A stretch of 64,000 nucleotides of DNA from NCBI GenBank assembly GCA_965221125.1, contig CBDCRW010000004.1, forward strand, positions 704,001 to 768,000, read 5' to 3'. Origin of the DNA: Alphaproteobacteria bacterium (GTDB lineage: Bacteria > Pseudomonadota > Alphaproteobacteria > UBA828). A program made the translations under genes and the position numbers. The notes beneath the pieces were generated by a model that saw only the letters and a program-made list of their open reading frames with translations, was not told the DNA's origin and ran no database searches. Below are positions 1 through 10,284 of the stretch, piece by piece. The first letter of the stretch is position 1, and each line of letters opens with the position of its first letter.

Positions 1-318
1 GCCGTGCGGCCGGCGGCTCGGATCGGAGGCCATAGCGACGCGACGCTCCTTGTTTGCGAGAATGAAAACAGCGCCCGCATGTATTATCGTATTGCAGAAG
101 AATCGCAAATAGGGATGCCGGTTTCATGCGTGTGGCAGATCGGGCGCTGGCGTCGCCGGCGAGAGCGGAATGGCGCTAGGAGGGAAGGGCCACATGGTGA
201 GACTCGCGGCTTGTTCCTGCTCTGGCCTTGGGCCTCTTCAGCGAGGCCTCTCACGTCGTCGCCGGTCTCCCGCGACCTCGTCAAACGGTCTTGAGGGATC
301 TAGAGGTTACAAAAAAGC

Positions 319-339
319 GGTACCGATGTGGTACCTGGG
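319..339 (-). promoter_or_regulatory. Putative integrase arm-type site pair matching the one upstream of integrase 2
   Basis: Minus strand CCCAGGTACCACATCGGTACC vs CCCAGGTACCCTATAGGTACC at 23662-23682 (18/21 identical). Confidence 0.6.
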
Positions 340-366
340 GAATTTCGCTCTATCTGGCTTGAAATG

Positions 367-403
367 AAACACCCCGCTAACTATCTGTGTTAGCGGGGTG
401 TTT
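367..403 (-). terminator. Hairpin/intrinsic terminator downstream of att site 1
   Basis: AAACACCCCGCTAAC / GTTAGCGGGGTGTTT perfect 15-bp stem just 3' of the tRNA CCA end. Confidence 0.7.
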
Positions 404-413
404 TCGGCCGGTT

Positions 414-459
<46 letters not shown>

Positions 460-613
460 TTTGCCTAGAACGATTTCGCCATTTCCGGTCCCTTGACGCC
501 TTTCAGCGCCGGTCATCGTCAATAATGTTATATTACAATGGATTATGTTGGGATTCAAGGCCTGTCAGGCTCGCCAATCGCAAACATCCGCCGTCACCGA
601 TTTTAGTTTTCGT

Positions 614-652
614 GATTCCCATGCGATTCCCAGTGTGGTAGGGTGATTCCCA
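614..652 (+). repeat. Three GATTCCCA direct repeats, probable arm-type sites of integrase 1
   Basis: GATTCCCA at 614, 625 and 645 between att 1 and the integrase start; same position as paired repeats next to the other two integrases. Confidence 0.5.
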
Positions 653-676
653 GCAGAGACAGTTGCGGGGATCGCC

Positions 677-1849
677 ATGCCGGCGCAGATCAAGATCACC
701 AAGCGGGTCATCGACAGCATCGAGTGCGACGGAACCGACCGCTTCTACTGGGACCGGGAGCTGCCGGGGTTCGGTATGCGGGTCAGGGCATCGGGCCGCA
801 AGTATTTTGTCACCCAGTTCCGCGCCAGCGGCCGGCTTCGCCGCATGACCCTGGGCCCGGTCACGGCCATGACCCCGGAGATTGCGCGCAAACGCGCGAT
901 GGCCCTGCTCTCCGAGGCCAAGTCGGGAGGCGATCCTGCTATGCAGCGGGACGCAGACCGGAAGGCGGCAACCGTCAAGCTGCTCGGACAACGGTTTCTC
1001 AACGAGTACGTCCCCGACCACTGCAAGGAGAGCACGGCCTACGAATACCGGCGTTCGGTCGAGTTGTTCATCGATCCTAGGATCGGCAGCCGCAAGGTGA
1101 CCGAGGTCCAGCGGAAGGACATCGCCGAACTGCATCATGCGATGCGGAAGACGCCCTACCAGGCCAACCGTACCCTCGGTGTGCTCTCGAAGATGTTCAA
1201 CATGGCGGAGGTGTGGGGCCTGCGGCCTGACGGCTCGAACCCCTGCCTGCACGTCAAGCGCTTCAAGGAAGAGAAGCGCGAGCGGTTCCTGAGCACCGAG
1301 GAGTTCCAGCGCCTCGGTGCGGTTCTCGACGAAATCCTCAAGGACGGCTCCGAGACCCGTTCGGCCGTCGTGGCCATCCGCCTGCTGATGCTGACCGGCT
1401 GCCGACTTTCGGAGATCCAGAAGCTGCGATGGGAGCATGTCGACCTGGGCGCCGGGGAGTTGAACCTGCCCGACACGAAAACGGGCGGCAGGGCGGTGCC
1501 GCTGGCGCCTTCGGCGGTGCGGCTTTTGGAGTCTCTCCCCCGCGACGACGACAACCCGTGGGTGATCGCCGGCCGGAAGGCTGATTCCCATCTCACCGAT
1601 CTCCAGCATCCGTGGCGGCGCATCCGAGAGCGCGCTGAACTGCCCAACGTGCGAATTCATGACCTCAGACATTCGTTCGCGTCCAGGGCGCTGGCGCTCG
1701 GCGAAGGGCTGCCTATGATCGGGAAGCTCCTTGGTCACACGCAGGTGCAGACAACCGCCAGATATGCTCACTTGGCCCGGGATACCGTCAAAGCCTCCGC
1801 CGCGCGCATCGGAGATAGCATCGACAACGATCTCGAAGCTACGCCATAA
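677..1849 (+). CDS. Tyrosine recombinase/integrase with N-terminal arm-binding domain (island 1)
   Basis: TGCRLSE, IHDLRHSFAS, LLGHTQVQTTARY motifs; adjacent to att. Confidence 0.95.
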   Translation: MPAQIKITKRVIDSIECDGTDRFYWDRELPGFGMRVRASGRKYFVTQFRASGRLRRMTLGPVTAMTPEIARKRAMALLSEAKSGGDPAMQRDADRKAATVKLLGQRFLNEYVPDHCKESTAYEYRRSVELFIDPRIGSRKVTEVQRKDIAELHHAMRKTPYQANRTLGVLSKMFNMAEVWGLRPDGSNPCLHVKRFKEEKRERFLSTEEFQRLGAVLDEILKDGSETRSAVVAIRLLMLTGCRLSEIQKLRWEHVDLGAGELNLPDTKTGGRAVPLAPSAVRLLESLPRDDDNPWVIAGRKADSHLTDLQHPWRRIRERAELPNVRIHDLRHSFASRALALGEGLPMIGKLLGHTQVQTTARYAHLARDTVKASAARIGDSIDNDLEATP

Positions 1850-1891
1850 GGTGCTTGTTGGATTTCACCGACGATCTCAGACCGTTCCCGA

Positions 1892-3061
1892 TCACTGCAT
1901 CCTATTCATGAATTCGTCGAAGAGCGGAACGGTGAAGGCGGCATAACCATATCTCGGGCTGAAGATCATGCCGTTATGGATCAGCGCTTCGCGGGTGGGG
2001 CCGAGCTGTTGGGATGACTTGCCAAGCTCCTTGGCGATCTGCCCGGTTCGGTGAGGACCAGGGCCGCATCTCGCCATGGCGTGCAGATAAGCCTTCTGTG
2101 GATCCGACAATCGTTCATACCGCGATCTGAAGAAGTTGCGGTCCAGTCGCTCGATCACGGCGGTGCTGGCTTTCTCCAAGTCCTTCACGGTAATGGGAGT
2201 GACTTGTGCGGTATTCCATGCCTGATATCCCCATTCCTGAAGGAAGTAGGGATATCCCTGCGTTGCGGCTATGACCTCGCTAATCGCCTCTTCCTCGAAT
2301 TCGACATCTGCCCGCGCCGCCGGCCTGACCAGCGCACGTCTCGCCTCGACCGGTTCGAGGGGGCCTATATCCGGATACTCGAAGAGGCGCTCCGCATAGG
2401 TTTTCGCTTCGCCCGTGAGTCTGACCACGAGCGGCAGCCCTGCGCCAACGACGAGCAAGGGGAGCCGCTTCTGGTCTACCCGATGCACCGCCATAATCAG
2501 CGCCTCGAACTCCTCTCGCGACAGGTTCTGGATTTCGTCAATGAGGATCACGATGGAAGTGTCGCGGGCCCTGGCCGCCTCACCGGCGGCAATGAAAACT
2601 TCCCCGAGATCACGGCTCAGTGTGCCGCTGTCCGCGATACCCGGTTCGCTATCGATGTCCACGGCGAACTCGATACCCTCCACCTTGATCCTTATCGCCC
2701 CGACGAAGCTCTTCAACACGCGCAACCCGGTCTTTACATGTTCGTTCACTCCCTTGGCCCGGTCGAGCTTCAGCAGAAGCGAGCGCAGGGTTGCGACGAT
2801 TGTCTTCGACAGGGGTTCGTGATTGCCGATTTCGATGAAATCTGACAGCGCACCCTCCTCGTCCGCTATGGCCTGGGCCTCATTCAGCAATACCGTCTTG
2901 CCGACCCCGCGCAGCCCCACGAACATGAGGCTACGAGCCGATTGCCCGGATCTGTTGCGCTGTATGGCGAGCCGGGCATCGGCAAGAACGCCGTCGCGAC
3001 CTGCGAGTTCCGGCGGAGGCGTGCCCGCTCCTGGGGCATACGGGTTCACACGAGGGTCCAT
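1892..3061 (-). CDS. AAA family ATP-binding protein with C-terminal winged helix
   Basis: NPYAPGAG N-terminus, Walker A GLRGVGKT, Walker B ILIDE, GYPYFLQ. Confidence 0.85.
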   Translation of the reverse strand: MDPRVNPYAPGAGTPPPELAGRDGVLADARLAIQRNRSGQSARSLMFVGLRGVGKTVLLNEAQAIADEEGALSDFIEIGNHEPLSKTIVATLRSLLLKLDRAKGVNEHVKTGLRVLKSFVGAIRIKVEGIEFAVDIDSEPGIADSGTLSRDLGEVFIAAGEAARARDTSIVILIDEIQNLSREEFEALIMAVHRVDQKRLPLLVVGAGLPLVVRLTGEAKTYAERLFEYPDIGPLEPVEARRALVRPAARADVEFEEEAISEVIAATQGYPYFLQEWGYQAWNTAQVTPITVKDLEKASTAVIERLDRNFFRSRYERLSDPQKAYLHAMARCGPGPHRTGQIAKELGKSSQQLGPTREALIHNGMIFSPRYGYAAFTVPLFDEFMNRMQ

Positions 3062-3239
3062 TCAGTCACCTCTAGAATGTTTAGCCATTGCTAGCATAAA
3101 CATTACCGGCGCACACCAGTTTATAGAACATCCCGATAAACTTCCTACAACCTGAGCTCTGTTCGCTCCGGTCACGCGCTCTCCCCTGCCAGACCCTCGG
3201 ATCACCTCCTGTTTCCGAACAAGGTCCTGCACGATTACG

Positions 3240-4151
3240 CTACCCTAAGACCCCTTTGCCCTCACTTTCTTCGGCCCGGATCTGATCCAACTCTTGGGTA
3301 ATTTCACGCCATACCTGTTCCGTCACCTGTTGCACGTCGTGCTTCAAATCGCCTTGGCCCATCCTCTCCAAGACTATGGAATTCGCCTCCACCCTCAGCT
3401 CGCTCATCGATTTCGCAACGGCATCTTCTATCAGCTCACTCACGTACTCCTGCTTGATTACAAAGCCGTAGTCATCGGCAACTAGGCTCCTCGCATACAT
3501 CACTCCAAGCAGACGATAACGCCTGTCGTATGAGACAAATACTGGTCCTCCACTGTTACCTCCCAACACCGTTCCATCGATAGCGATCAGACCTTTTCCA
3601 CTACAATCCATCGAAGGAATCGATGCTATCGACCCCTTGCGCATCAATGCCAAGCCGTTCAGAGTATCCTTCATTCCGTTCGGATATCCTGCATACAATA
3701 CCTTACTACCGACTCCGAACCGGTCATATTCCAACTTATGCAGAAAGCCAGGCCCCAGTATCGGTACATCGTACCCCTTCGTCTCTATTCCTCTCAGGTC
3801 CAAACATGCCAAATCTATTTCTTCATCCTTGTGTCCGGTGTAGCGATGCACGGCCCGATCAATCCTGATCCGATCCTGCTTCCCGAATCTTACTTGTCCG
3901 TTCGAATCCTTCTTATTGAGCAAAATCACCTGAGTGCCCACACCCTCAGCGAGAACATGCTTGTTGGAAATGAGGAGCAGGCAATCAATTCTCGGACCTT
4001 CTTCAAGCTGTCCCAATGCTTGGACAAAGAATCCAGTGCCTGTCCACTGTATTTTATCGTCGAACTCTACCGAAACTTCGATGGCGACGCGGGTTGCATG
4101 ATGATTGAAGTAATCTTGTCCCATATCCGCCTCCTTAAAGGGGCGAGACAT
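3240..4151 (-). CDS. Trypsin-like serine protease domain protein
   Basis: GTGFFV, SNKHV (His), DLAC (Asp), GNSGGP (Ser); start may be at 4124. Confidence 0.8.
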   Translation of the reverse strand: MSRPFKEADMGQDYFNHHATRVAIEVSVEFDDKIQWTGTGFFVQALGQLEEGPRIDCLLLISNKHVLAEGVGTQVILLNKKDSNGQVRFGKQDRIRIDRAVHRYTGHKDEEIDLACLDLRGIETKGYDVPILGPGFLHKLEYDRFGVGSKVLYAGYPNGMKDTLNGLALMRKGSIASIPSMDCSGKGLIAIDGTVLGGNSGGPVFVSYDRRYRLLGVMYARSLVADDYGFVIKQEYVSELIEDAVAKSMSELRVEANSIVLERMGQGDLKHDVQQVTEQVWREITQELDQIRAEESEGKGVLG

Positions 4152-4513
4152 GGTCGCCCACTACGAGCAGTCGTGTAACCCATCGCCACGCGAGACTTGC
4201 GCCCAATCAACCAGTACTGTCTTCACGCCCTTGTTGCCTGATGCGCAAGCCCTGACCCCAGCGAACCCCCCGGCCCTCGTGTTCGTCGACCCTCCAGTGA
4301 TCTCCGCATTCAGCCCTGTTCGCGGTCGTCATCGTATCGTAACCAGCCGGTTTCAACCCCAGGCTCGTTGCTGCCGTCCACAAAAGAACCGAATCGCTCG
4401 CACAGGTAGCACAAAGGCCAGCCCTTCGCGATTCCTGACGACCGCGCCTGCCGGCAGGCAGGAGGCGGCCCACCACATCGTGCGAGCCGATCTCCCGCTC
4501 TCCGCCGTCAGTG

Positions 4514-5374
4514 TCAGTGCATGGTGACCTTTCCGATTCCAAACAGGTCGGGATCGAACTGCACGAACCGGTCGAACAGCGGGGTCTTGCGCCACTCGCC
4601 GTGGCCGGTCCGCGTCGCATCCTCGCCGCGGCACTCGACCAGACCGAACCAGCGCAGCGGCCGCAGCAGGCGCAGCACGAACAGCACCGGCGCCACCCAA
4701 TCCGGATTGCGCAGCACCGCCTCGTCCGGCAGCACGCTGAGACGCATCAGCGTCTCGGTGTCCTGCCAGCGGTCCCCGGTCGTCGAGAGAGACCACAGCG
4801 CCAGCCCGATCTGCGGCTGGGGCCAGTTTCCGCATTCGGGCTCGCCGAACAGGCTCAGGCTCACCTCCCAGAAGCAGTTCCGGAAGAAGTTCCGCTGGAC
4901 CCGCTCCTGTGCGCCCTTGAGCACGTGGCGCCCGGTCGCCCCGACCCGGAGCCTGCCGTGCTTTCGTATCAGCAGGCTGTCCATCGTCACCAGCTCCCGG
5001 AGCAGCCGCAGTTCCTCGACGTGACCTTCCCGCAGCCGCTTGCCGGCGCGCCATTTCTCCTCGAACAGACAGCCCGGCCAGTCCATCTCCTGGCACATGG
5101 CCGACACGGTCTCCAGCGTCAGGTTGCCCCGAGCGGTGAGTTCCAGCCCGTCCGCTTCCTCGGCGGCGCGCATCAGCACGAACGCGTTCTGCACCATCGG
5201 CGAGTGCGCGATCTCGTCATCCGTCAGATCGAACGCCAGGCGCAGAGCCCCGTCCTCCCAGGCCGGCATGCCGCGCAGCGCATCGATCCGGTCCGCCTTG
5301 AGGCTGGCCCAGGTCGGCACCACGCCATTCAGCCACCGGTCGTAGACGGGCGGCATTCCCGCAATGTGCAACAT
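4514..5374 (-). CDS. Hypothetical protein
   Basis: Globular-looking ORF from MLHIAG with G-rich RBS; upstream extension of the ORF track looks non-coding. Confidence 0.65.
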   Translation of the reverse strand: MLHIAGMPPVYDRWLNGVVPTWASLKADRIDALRGMPAWEDGALRLAFDLTDDEIAHSPMVQNAFVLMRAAEEADGLELTARGNLTLETVSAMCQEMDWPGCLFEEKWRAGKRLREGHVEELRLLRELVTMDSLLIRKHGRLRVGATGRHVLKGAQERVQRNFFRNCFWEVSLSLFGEPECGNWPQPQIGLALWSLSTTGDRWQDTETLMRLSVLPDEAVLRNPDWVAPVLFVLRLLRPLRWFGLVECRGEDATRTGHGEWRKTPLFDRFVQFDPDLFGIGKVTMH

Positions 5375-5850
5375 GTCGAACGCCCCCTTGCTTTCTTCGC
5401 GTCCTGTCGGCAACCGATTCGGCCGCACGGGTTGCCACGACCATGTCCCCCATAGACCGGCATTCCTCGACTGTCGGTCCCGCCGCGTCAATCCCCCAGC
5501 CACCACGGCACGGCCTTGCCGATTCTCACCGTGTCGGGCGTGACGCGGGCCCCACCGTATCTTCCTGCCGCACGCAGCGATAGCTGTGACCCAGTCGGGT
5601 TGACGTCCAGGACGGCCGGCTTCAGCCGCTGCTTTCATTCCAGGTCGGGGCGTTATCGTCCCAGGTAGCCACCTCGACCGGCACATTCCCGGTCACCGCG
5701 ACCGTGGTCGGTCATGAACGTCTTCCCGTTCGCGGCATGGATGAGCCGACTCCGGCACCAAACGCCGGCAGGAGGCGGAGGCCGGCGTCTTCCGGGCGAA
5801 GCGGGAGATCCGGGAGCGGTCTCCCGCGCCACCAGCCGGGAGCCCGGTCC

Positions 5851-6659
5851 ATGCCCGCCGAACCTTTCGACATACACCTGCCGCCTCGGTGCGAGGACAT
5901 GATCCGGGCCGGCGTCCTTGTTTCGATTTCGACCAGCGGCGGCAAGGACAGCCAGGCCATGACGATCCTGCTGTCCCGGATCGTCCTCCGCACCCAGCTC
6001 CTCGCCATCCATGCCCCGCTCGGCGAGGTCGAATGGCCGGGGACGGTCGAGCATATCGAGGCGACGCTGCCCTCTGGGGTGCCGCTCATATTCGCACCCG
6101 TCGCGTCCGGCAAGTCGCTGCTCGACCGCGTCGGGGAACGGGGCATGTTTCCGGGGGTCCGGCAGAAATGGTGTACCGCGGGCATAAACGCGGACCGATC
6201 GAGCGCGAGCTGCGCCGCTACCTGAAGGCCCATCCGCGCTTCGGCGGACGCCTGGTGAACTGCCTCGGCATCCGCCGCGACGAGAGCGCCGCGCGCGCCC
6301 GGCGCGTCCCCTGGCGGCGCAACGAGCGCATGAGCGCAGCCGGGCGCGAGGTCTTCGACTGGCTGCCGATCTTCGACCTCTCGACCGAGGACGTATTCCG
6401 CGTCATCCGGGATGCCGGCCAGTCGCCGCACTGGATCTACCGCCACCTGTCGCGGTGCAGCTGCTCGTTCTGCATTTTCTCGTCGCCCGGGGACCTGCGG
6501 ACGGCGGCCGGGCTCCGTCCCGGTCTCTACCGCCGCTATGCCGAGACCGAACGCCGCGTCGGCCACACGCTGTCGCCGACCGGCAGGCCGTTGCCCGAAC
6601 TGACCGGCATCGCGCCGGCCCGCCGCCCGGAAGACCCCACCGGTCCGGACCGCGTCTGA
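5851..6659 (+). pseudogene. PAPS-reductase-family (PP-loop) protein with a single frameshift
   Basis: SGGKDS in one frame; KRGPIERELRR...SRCSCSFC in another; switch at about 6180-6182; intact paralogues at 31522-32337 and 57905-58762. Confidence 0.85.
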
Positions 6660-6806
6660 CGGACCCGCGGGACGGCGCCCGCCCCGCGTCCCGCGCGCCG
6701 GCGACATGCCCCGAAGCGCAACGAGAGGAGGGCGGCTTCCGCCGGGCGAAGGCCGGGCGCCCGGAGGGTGCCCGCGCCGCCATCCCGCCATTCCGGAGGC
6801 CTGCCC

Positions 6807-7832
6807 ATGACCCAACCCGCCACCATCTCCGCGGACTACACGCTCCGCCCGAGCGAGGTCGCCGCGACCCTCGCCCTGCTCGTCGAAGCCCGCCAGCCGG
6901 CGATGCTATGGGGCGCCCCGGGCACGGCGAAGTCGATGATCGCCCAGCAGGTCGCCGACGACGGCAACCGCCGCTATGTCGACGTCCGGGCGCTGCTTCT
7001 GGACCCCGTCGACCTGCGCGGCATCCCCTGGCGCGACAGCGACGGCCGCACCCGCTGGGCCCCGCCGGTATTCCTGCCCCCCACGAACGACACCGGCCTC
7101 TGGCTCATCAACCTCGAAGAGCTGCCGTCCTGCGTGCCGATGGTGCAGGCGGCGTTGTATCAGCTCGCGCTCGAACGCAAGGTCGGCGAGTACGCGCTCC
7201 CGGAGGGCGCATCGCTGATTGCCTGCGGCAACCGCGAGGGCGACCGCGGCGTGGTCCACCGCATGCCGACCCCGCTGGCGTCGCGCTTCGTCCACCTGGA
7301 GATCCGGGTCGACGCCGATGACTGGCTCGCCTGGGGCGCGGCCAACGGCATCGCGGCCGAGGTGCTGTTCTTCATCCAGCTCGAGCCGACGCTTCTCCAC
7401 CAGTTCGACCCGCAGTCGAAGGAGAAGGCGTTTCCGTGCCCGAGGACGTGGCATTTCACGAGCAACATCGTGCATCGCCGCAACGGCCTCGACCCGTCGG
7501 TCGAGCGCGCGCTGCTGCGCGGCACCATCGGCGAGGCCGCCGCGGTCGAGTTCGCGGCGTTCCTCAAGGTCTGGCGCGAGCTGCCCCATCCCCGCGCCGT
7601 CATCGGCGATCCCGGGAACGCCGACATCCCCGAGAACGCGAGCGCGCTGATGGCGCTCTGCGGCTCGCTCTACCGCATGGCAAGCGACGTCAACTTCGAC
7701 GCCATCGTGACCTATGCGGCGCGGCTCAGGCGCGAGGTGGGCGAGTTCCTCGTCGGCTCCTGCGTGCGCCGGGAGCCGGGGTTGCAGCGCTCGCCCGACT
7801 TCATCCGCTGGGCCGCCGCCAGGACCCAATGA
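6807..7832 (+). CDS. MoxR-like AAA+ ATPase
   Basis: WGAPGTAKS, LDPVDLRGIP, INLEEL, ACGNR, SRFVH, PCPRTW; upstream of a VWA gene. Confidence 0.88.
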   Translation: MTQPATISADYTLRPSEVAATLALLVEARQPAMLWGAPGTAKSMIAQQVADDGNRRYVDVRALLLDPVDLRGIPWRDSDGRTRWAPPVFLPPTNDTGLWLINLEELPSCVPMVQAALYQLALERKVGEYALPEGASLIACGNREGDRGVVHRMPTPLASRFVHLEIRVDADDWLAWGAANGIAAEVLFFIQLEPTLLHQFDPQSKEKAFPCPRTWHFTSNIVHRRNGLDPSVERALLRGTIGEAAAVEFAAFLKVWRELPHPRAVIGDPGNADIPENASALMALCGSLYRMASDVNFDAIVTYAARLRREVGEFLVGSCVRREPGLQRSPDFIRWAAARTQ

Positions 7833-7843
7833 GGGAGAAGCCC

Positions 7844-7978
7844 ATGGTCTGGCGCATCGTCCATTACCCCGCCGGCCCCGCGCCGTCGCGCGACTACGCG
7901 GTGCGGGCGCCCACCCTCATTGCAGCGAAGCGGAAGCTCGCCGCCGCCCTCCAAGTCCCCTTGTGGACGCTCCGTTAG
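7844..7978 (+). CDS. Small hypothetical protein (44 aa)
   Basis: GGGAGA RBS and ATG; fills the operon gap exactly. Confidence 0.4.
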   Translation: MVWRIVHYPAGPAPSRDYAVRAPTLIAAKRKLAAALQVPLWTLR

Positions 7979-7996
7979 CCCCAGAGGAGAGAGCCC

Positions 7997-8896
7997 ATGA
8001 ACCTCACCGACGACGCCATGCAGGTGTCCTTGCGCATCACCGCCTGGTCCGGCCGGCTCTACGACCGCCAGGCGAGCAACCACGTCGCCGTCCAGCACGA
8101 GGCCTCGACCAGCGCCGGGCGCTACAACAAGCGCCTGCTGCCCAAGGCCGCCCTGGCCGCGCTCACCGCGACGGTCAGCGCATGCAGGACCGCGCATTAC
8201 GAACAGACCCTGCCGTGGGACGACCAGGGCTCGCGGCTGCTGACCGTCGCCAACTACGAGCACTACACGGAGCTCATGGACGGGTTCCGCGAGCGCATGG
8301 TGCGCGACCGCGCCCGTTTCATCGAGGATTACGACAACAATGTCGACCAGGCCCGGCTCGACCTCGGCAAGCTCTTCCGCATCGAGGACTATCCCTCCAA
8401 GGAGGCGCTCCAGGGCAAGTTCTCGATCCGCTACCGCATCACTCCGGTGCAGGACGCCGAGCAGTTCATGGCGAAACTCGCGACCGACGATGTGGACCGG
8501 ATCAGGCGCGACATCGAGTGCCAGATCGAGGAGCGCCTGCACGATGCGGTGGGCGATCTCTACCGCCGCTTCGGCGAAGCGGTCGAGCGGGTCTCGGAGC
8601 GGCTGCGGGAGGACGAGAACGGCAAGCCGCTGGTGTTCCGGGATTCGATGATCTCCAACATCCGCGACCTCGTCGATGTGGTGCCGCGGCTCAACATCTT
8701 CGGCGACGACGAGCTCGCGCGCCTCTGCGAGCAGGTGAAGGAGAAGATCGCGAGCGTCGAGCCCGACGCGCTCCGGCCGTCGAAGTCGTTCGATCCCGTG
8801 GCGCGTGCGCGGGTGAAGCGCGACGCCGACGAGCTGATGGAGAAGTTCGCGGGCTATTTCGCGGCGCCCGCCGAGCCGGTGCGGGAGGCCGCGTGA
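7997..8896 (+). CDS. Hypothetical helical protein (DUF3150-like), MoxR/VWA-associated
   Basis: GAGGAG RBS; stop overlaps the next start; TLPW motif and helical composition; family by resemblance only. Confidence 0.7.
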   Translation: MNLTDDAMQVSLRITAWSGRLYDRQASNHVAVQHEASTSAGRYNKRLLPKAALAALTATVSACRTAHYEQTLPWDDQGSRLLTVANYEHYTELMDGFRERMVRDRARFIEDYDNNVDQARLDLGKLFRIEDYPSKEALQGKFSIRYRITPVQDAEQFMAKLATDDVDRIRRDIECQIEERLHDAVGDLYRRFGEAVERVSERLREDENGKPLVFRDSMISNIRDLVDVVPRLNIFGDDELARLCEQVKEKIASVEPDALRPSKSFDPVARARVKRDADELMEKFAGYFAAPAEPVREAA

Positions 8897-10284
8897 TGAC
8901 CACCCGCGTGATCGAGGAATCCGCGCAGCGCGTGAGCGACGGCGTGACCGAGCTTCTGCGCAAGCAGCCCTTCTTCGGGAGCCTCGCGCTCAGGCTCCCG
9001 CTCAGGGCCGACCCGAGCCGGGAGACGCTGGCGAGCGACGGGCACGAGATCCGCTACTCGCCCCGATGGGTCGCGGCCACCGACGCGCACCTCATCGAGA
9101 CCGCGATAGCGCGCGTGGTGATGGCGTGCGCGCTGAAACACCACACCCGCCGGGGCGAGCGCGACCCCGAGCGCTGGCAGATGGCCTCGCAGCTCGTCAC
9201 CCATGCGCTCATTCGCGACGCGGGCTTCACCCTGCCGCCCGACGCCGAGGCGCTGGAGGGGGTGAGCGTGGAGGAGGCATACGACCGCCTGCCCGAGCCC
9301 CGCGACGACGACCCCGGCAATGACGGCGATTCGCCTCCGCCCGGCGGCCAGCCCTCCGGCGCAGGCGTTGGCGACGGGGCTTCGCCCGACACGGCGGACA
9401 GCGACGGCGCGCCGGATGCCGGTGACGGACAGGGCCAGGACGATGCCGGCGATGACGACCAGGGCGGGAACGGACCCGGCGGGGACGGGCAGGACCGCGA
9501 TGACGGTTCCGATGCGCCGGCAAGCCACGATCCTTCTGGCACCGGGGAGATCATGGATGCGGGCGCCCGGGGCGACGGAGACGGCGATGCCGGTGACGGC
9601 GAGACGCCGGTGGACGTCACCGCCGAAGAGCAGGCGTGGGACGAGGCCATGCACCAGGCCATGAACCTCGCCAGGGCCGAGGGCAAGCTGCCGGGCGGGG
9701 TCGAGGAGACGGTGAAGAACGCCCACGCCAGCACGCTCGACTGGCGGAGCCTCCTGCGCCGCTACATGACCGATGCCGCGCGCCGCGACTACAGCTGGAG
9801 CCTCCCCAACCGGCGCTTCATCGACGGCGGTCTCTATCTTCCCTCCATCCGCTCCGAGGGCATGGAGGCGATCGCGGTCATCATCGACACGTCGGGCTCG
9901 CTGCCGGCCCGGACCCTCGACGAATTCTGGGCCGAACTCCGCGAGATCGCGGCCGAGATCCAGCCGGAGAGCGTCCACGTGCTCCAGGTCGACGCCGCGC
10001 TGCAGGACGCGGCGGAGTACGCGCCGGACGACCTGCCCGAGGAGATCGTCGTCAAGGGCCGGGGCGGCACCGACTTCCGCCCAGGCTTCGAGTGGCTCGA
10101 CGAGCAGGGGATACAGCCCGCCGTCTGCCTCTACTTCACCGACATGGAGTGCTCCGACTACCCCGAGGCCGAGCCCGGCTTCGATGTTATCTGGGCGAAC
10201 TGGGGTCCGCCTCCGTCCGGCTGGAACCGCGAGCCCTGGGGCGAGCGCATCGACATCGCCACCGACCGGGCAGCCCGATCATGA
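8896..10284 (+). CDS. VWA-like domain protein (DUF2201 type) with acidic Gly/Asp linker
   Basis: QPFFGSL N-terminus, W..PNRRF, MIDAS DTSGS, GRGGTDFRP, YFTD. Confidence 0.88.
   Translation: MTTRVIEESAQRVSDGVTELLRKQPFFGSLALRLPLRADPSRETLASDGHEIRYSPRWVAATDAHLIETAIARVVMACALKHHTRRGERDPERWQMASQLVTHALIRDAGFTLPPDAEALEGVSVEEAYDRLPEPRDDDPGNDGDSPPPGGQPSGAGVGDGASPDTADSDGAPDAGDGQGQDDAGDDDQGGNGPGGDGQDRDDGSDAPASHDPSGTGEIMDAGARGDGDGDAGDGETPVDVTAEEQAWDEAMHQAMNLARAEGKLPGGVEETVKNAHASTLDWRSLLRRYMTDAARRDYSWSLPNRRFIDGGLYLPSIRSEGMEAIAVIIDTSGSLPARTLDEFWAELREIAAEIQPESVHVLQVDAALQDAAEYAPDDLPEEIVVKGRGGTDFRPGFEWLDEQGIQPAVCLYFTDMECSDYPEAEPGFDVIWANWGPPPSGWNREPWGERIDIATDRAARS

Noticed and set aside
7714-8895. N-terminal extension of the 856-aa ORF
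   Set aside because: Arg/Pro-rich shadow frame over 7997-8896; the VWA gene starts at about 8896
9300-9610. Tandem repeat or CRISPR-like array
   Set aside because: Low-complexity Gly/Asp codons in the VWA linker; no fixed repeat-spacer period; no CRISPR array or cas gene seen in the window
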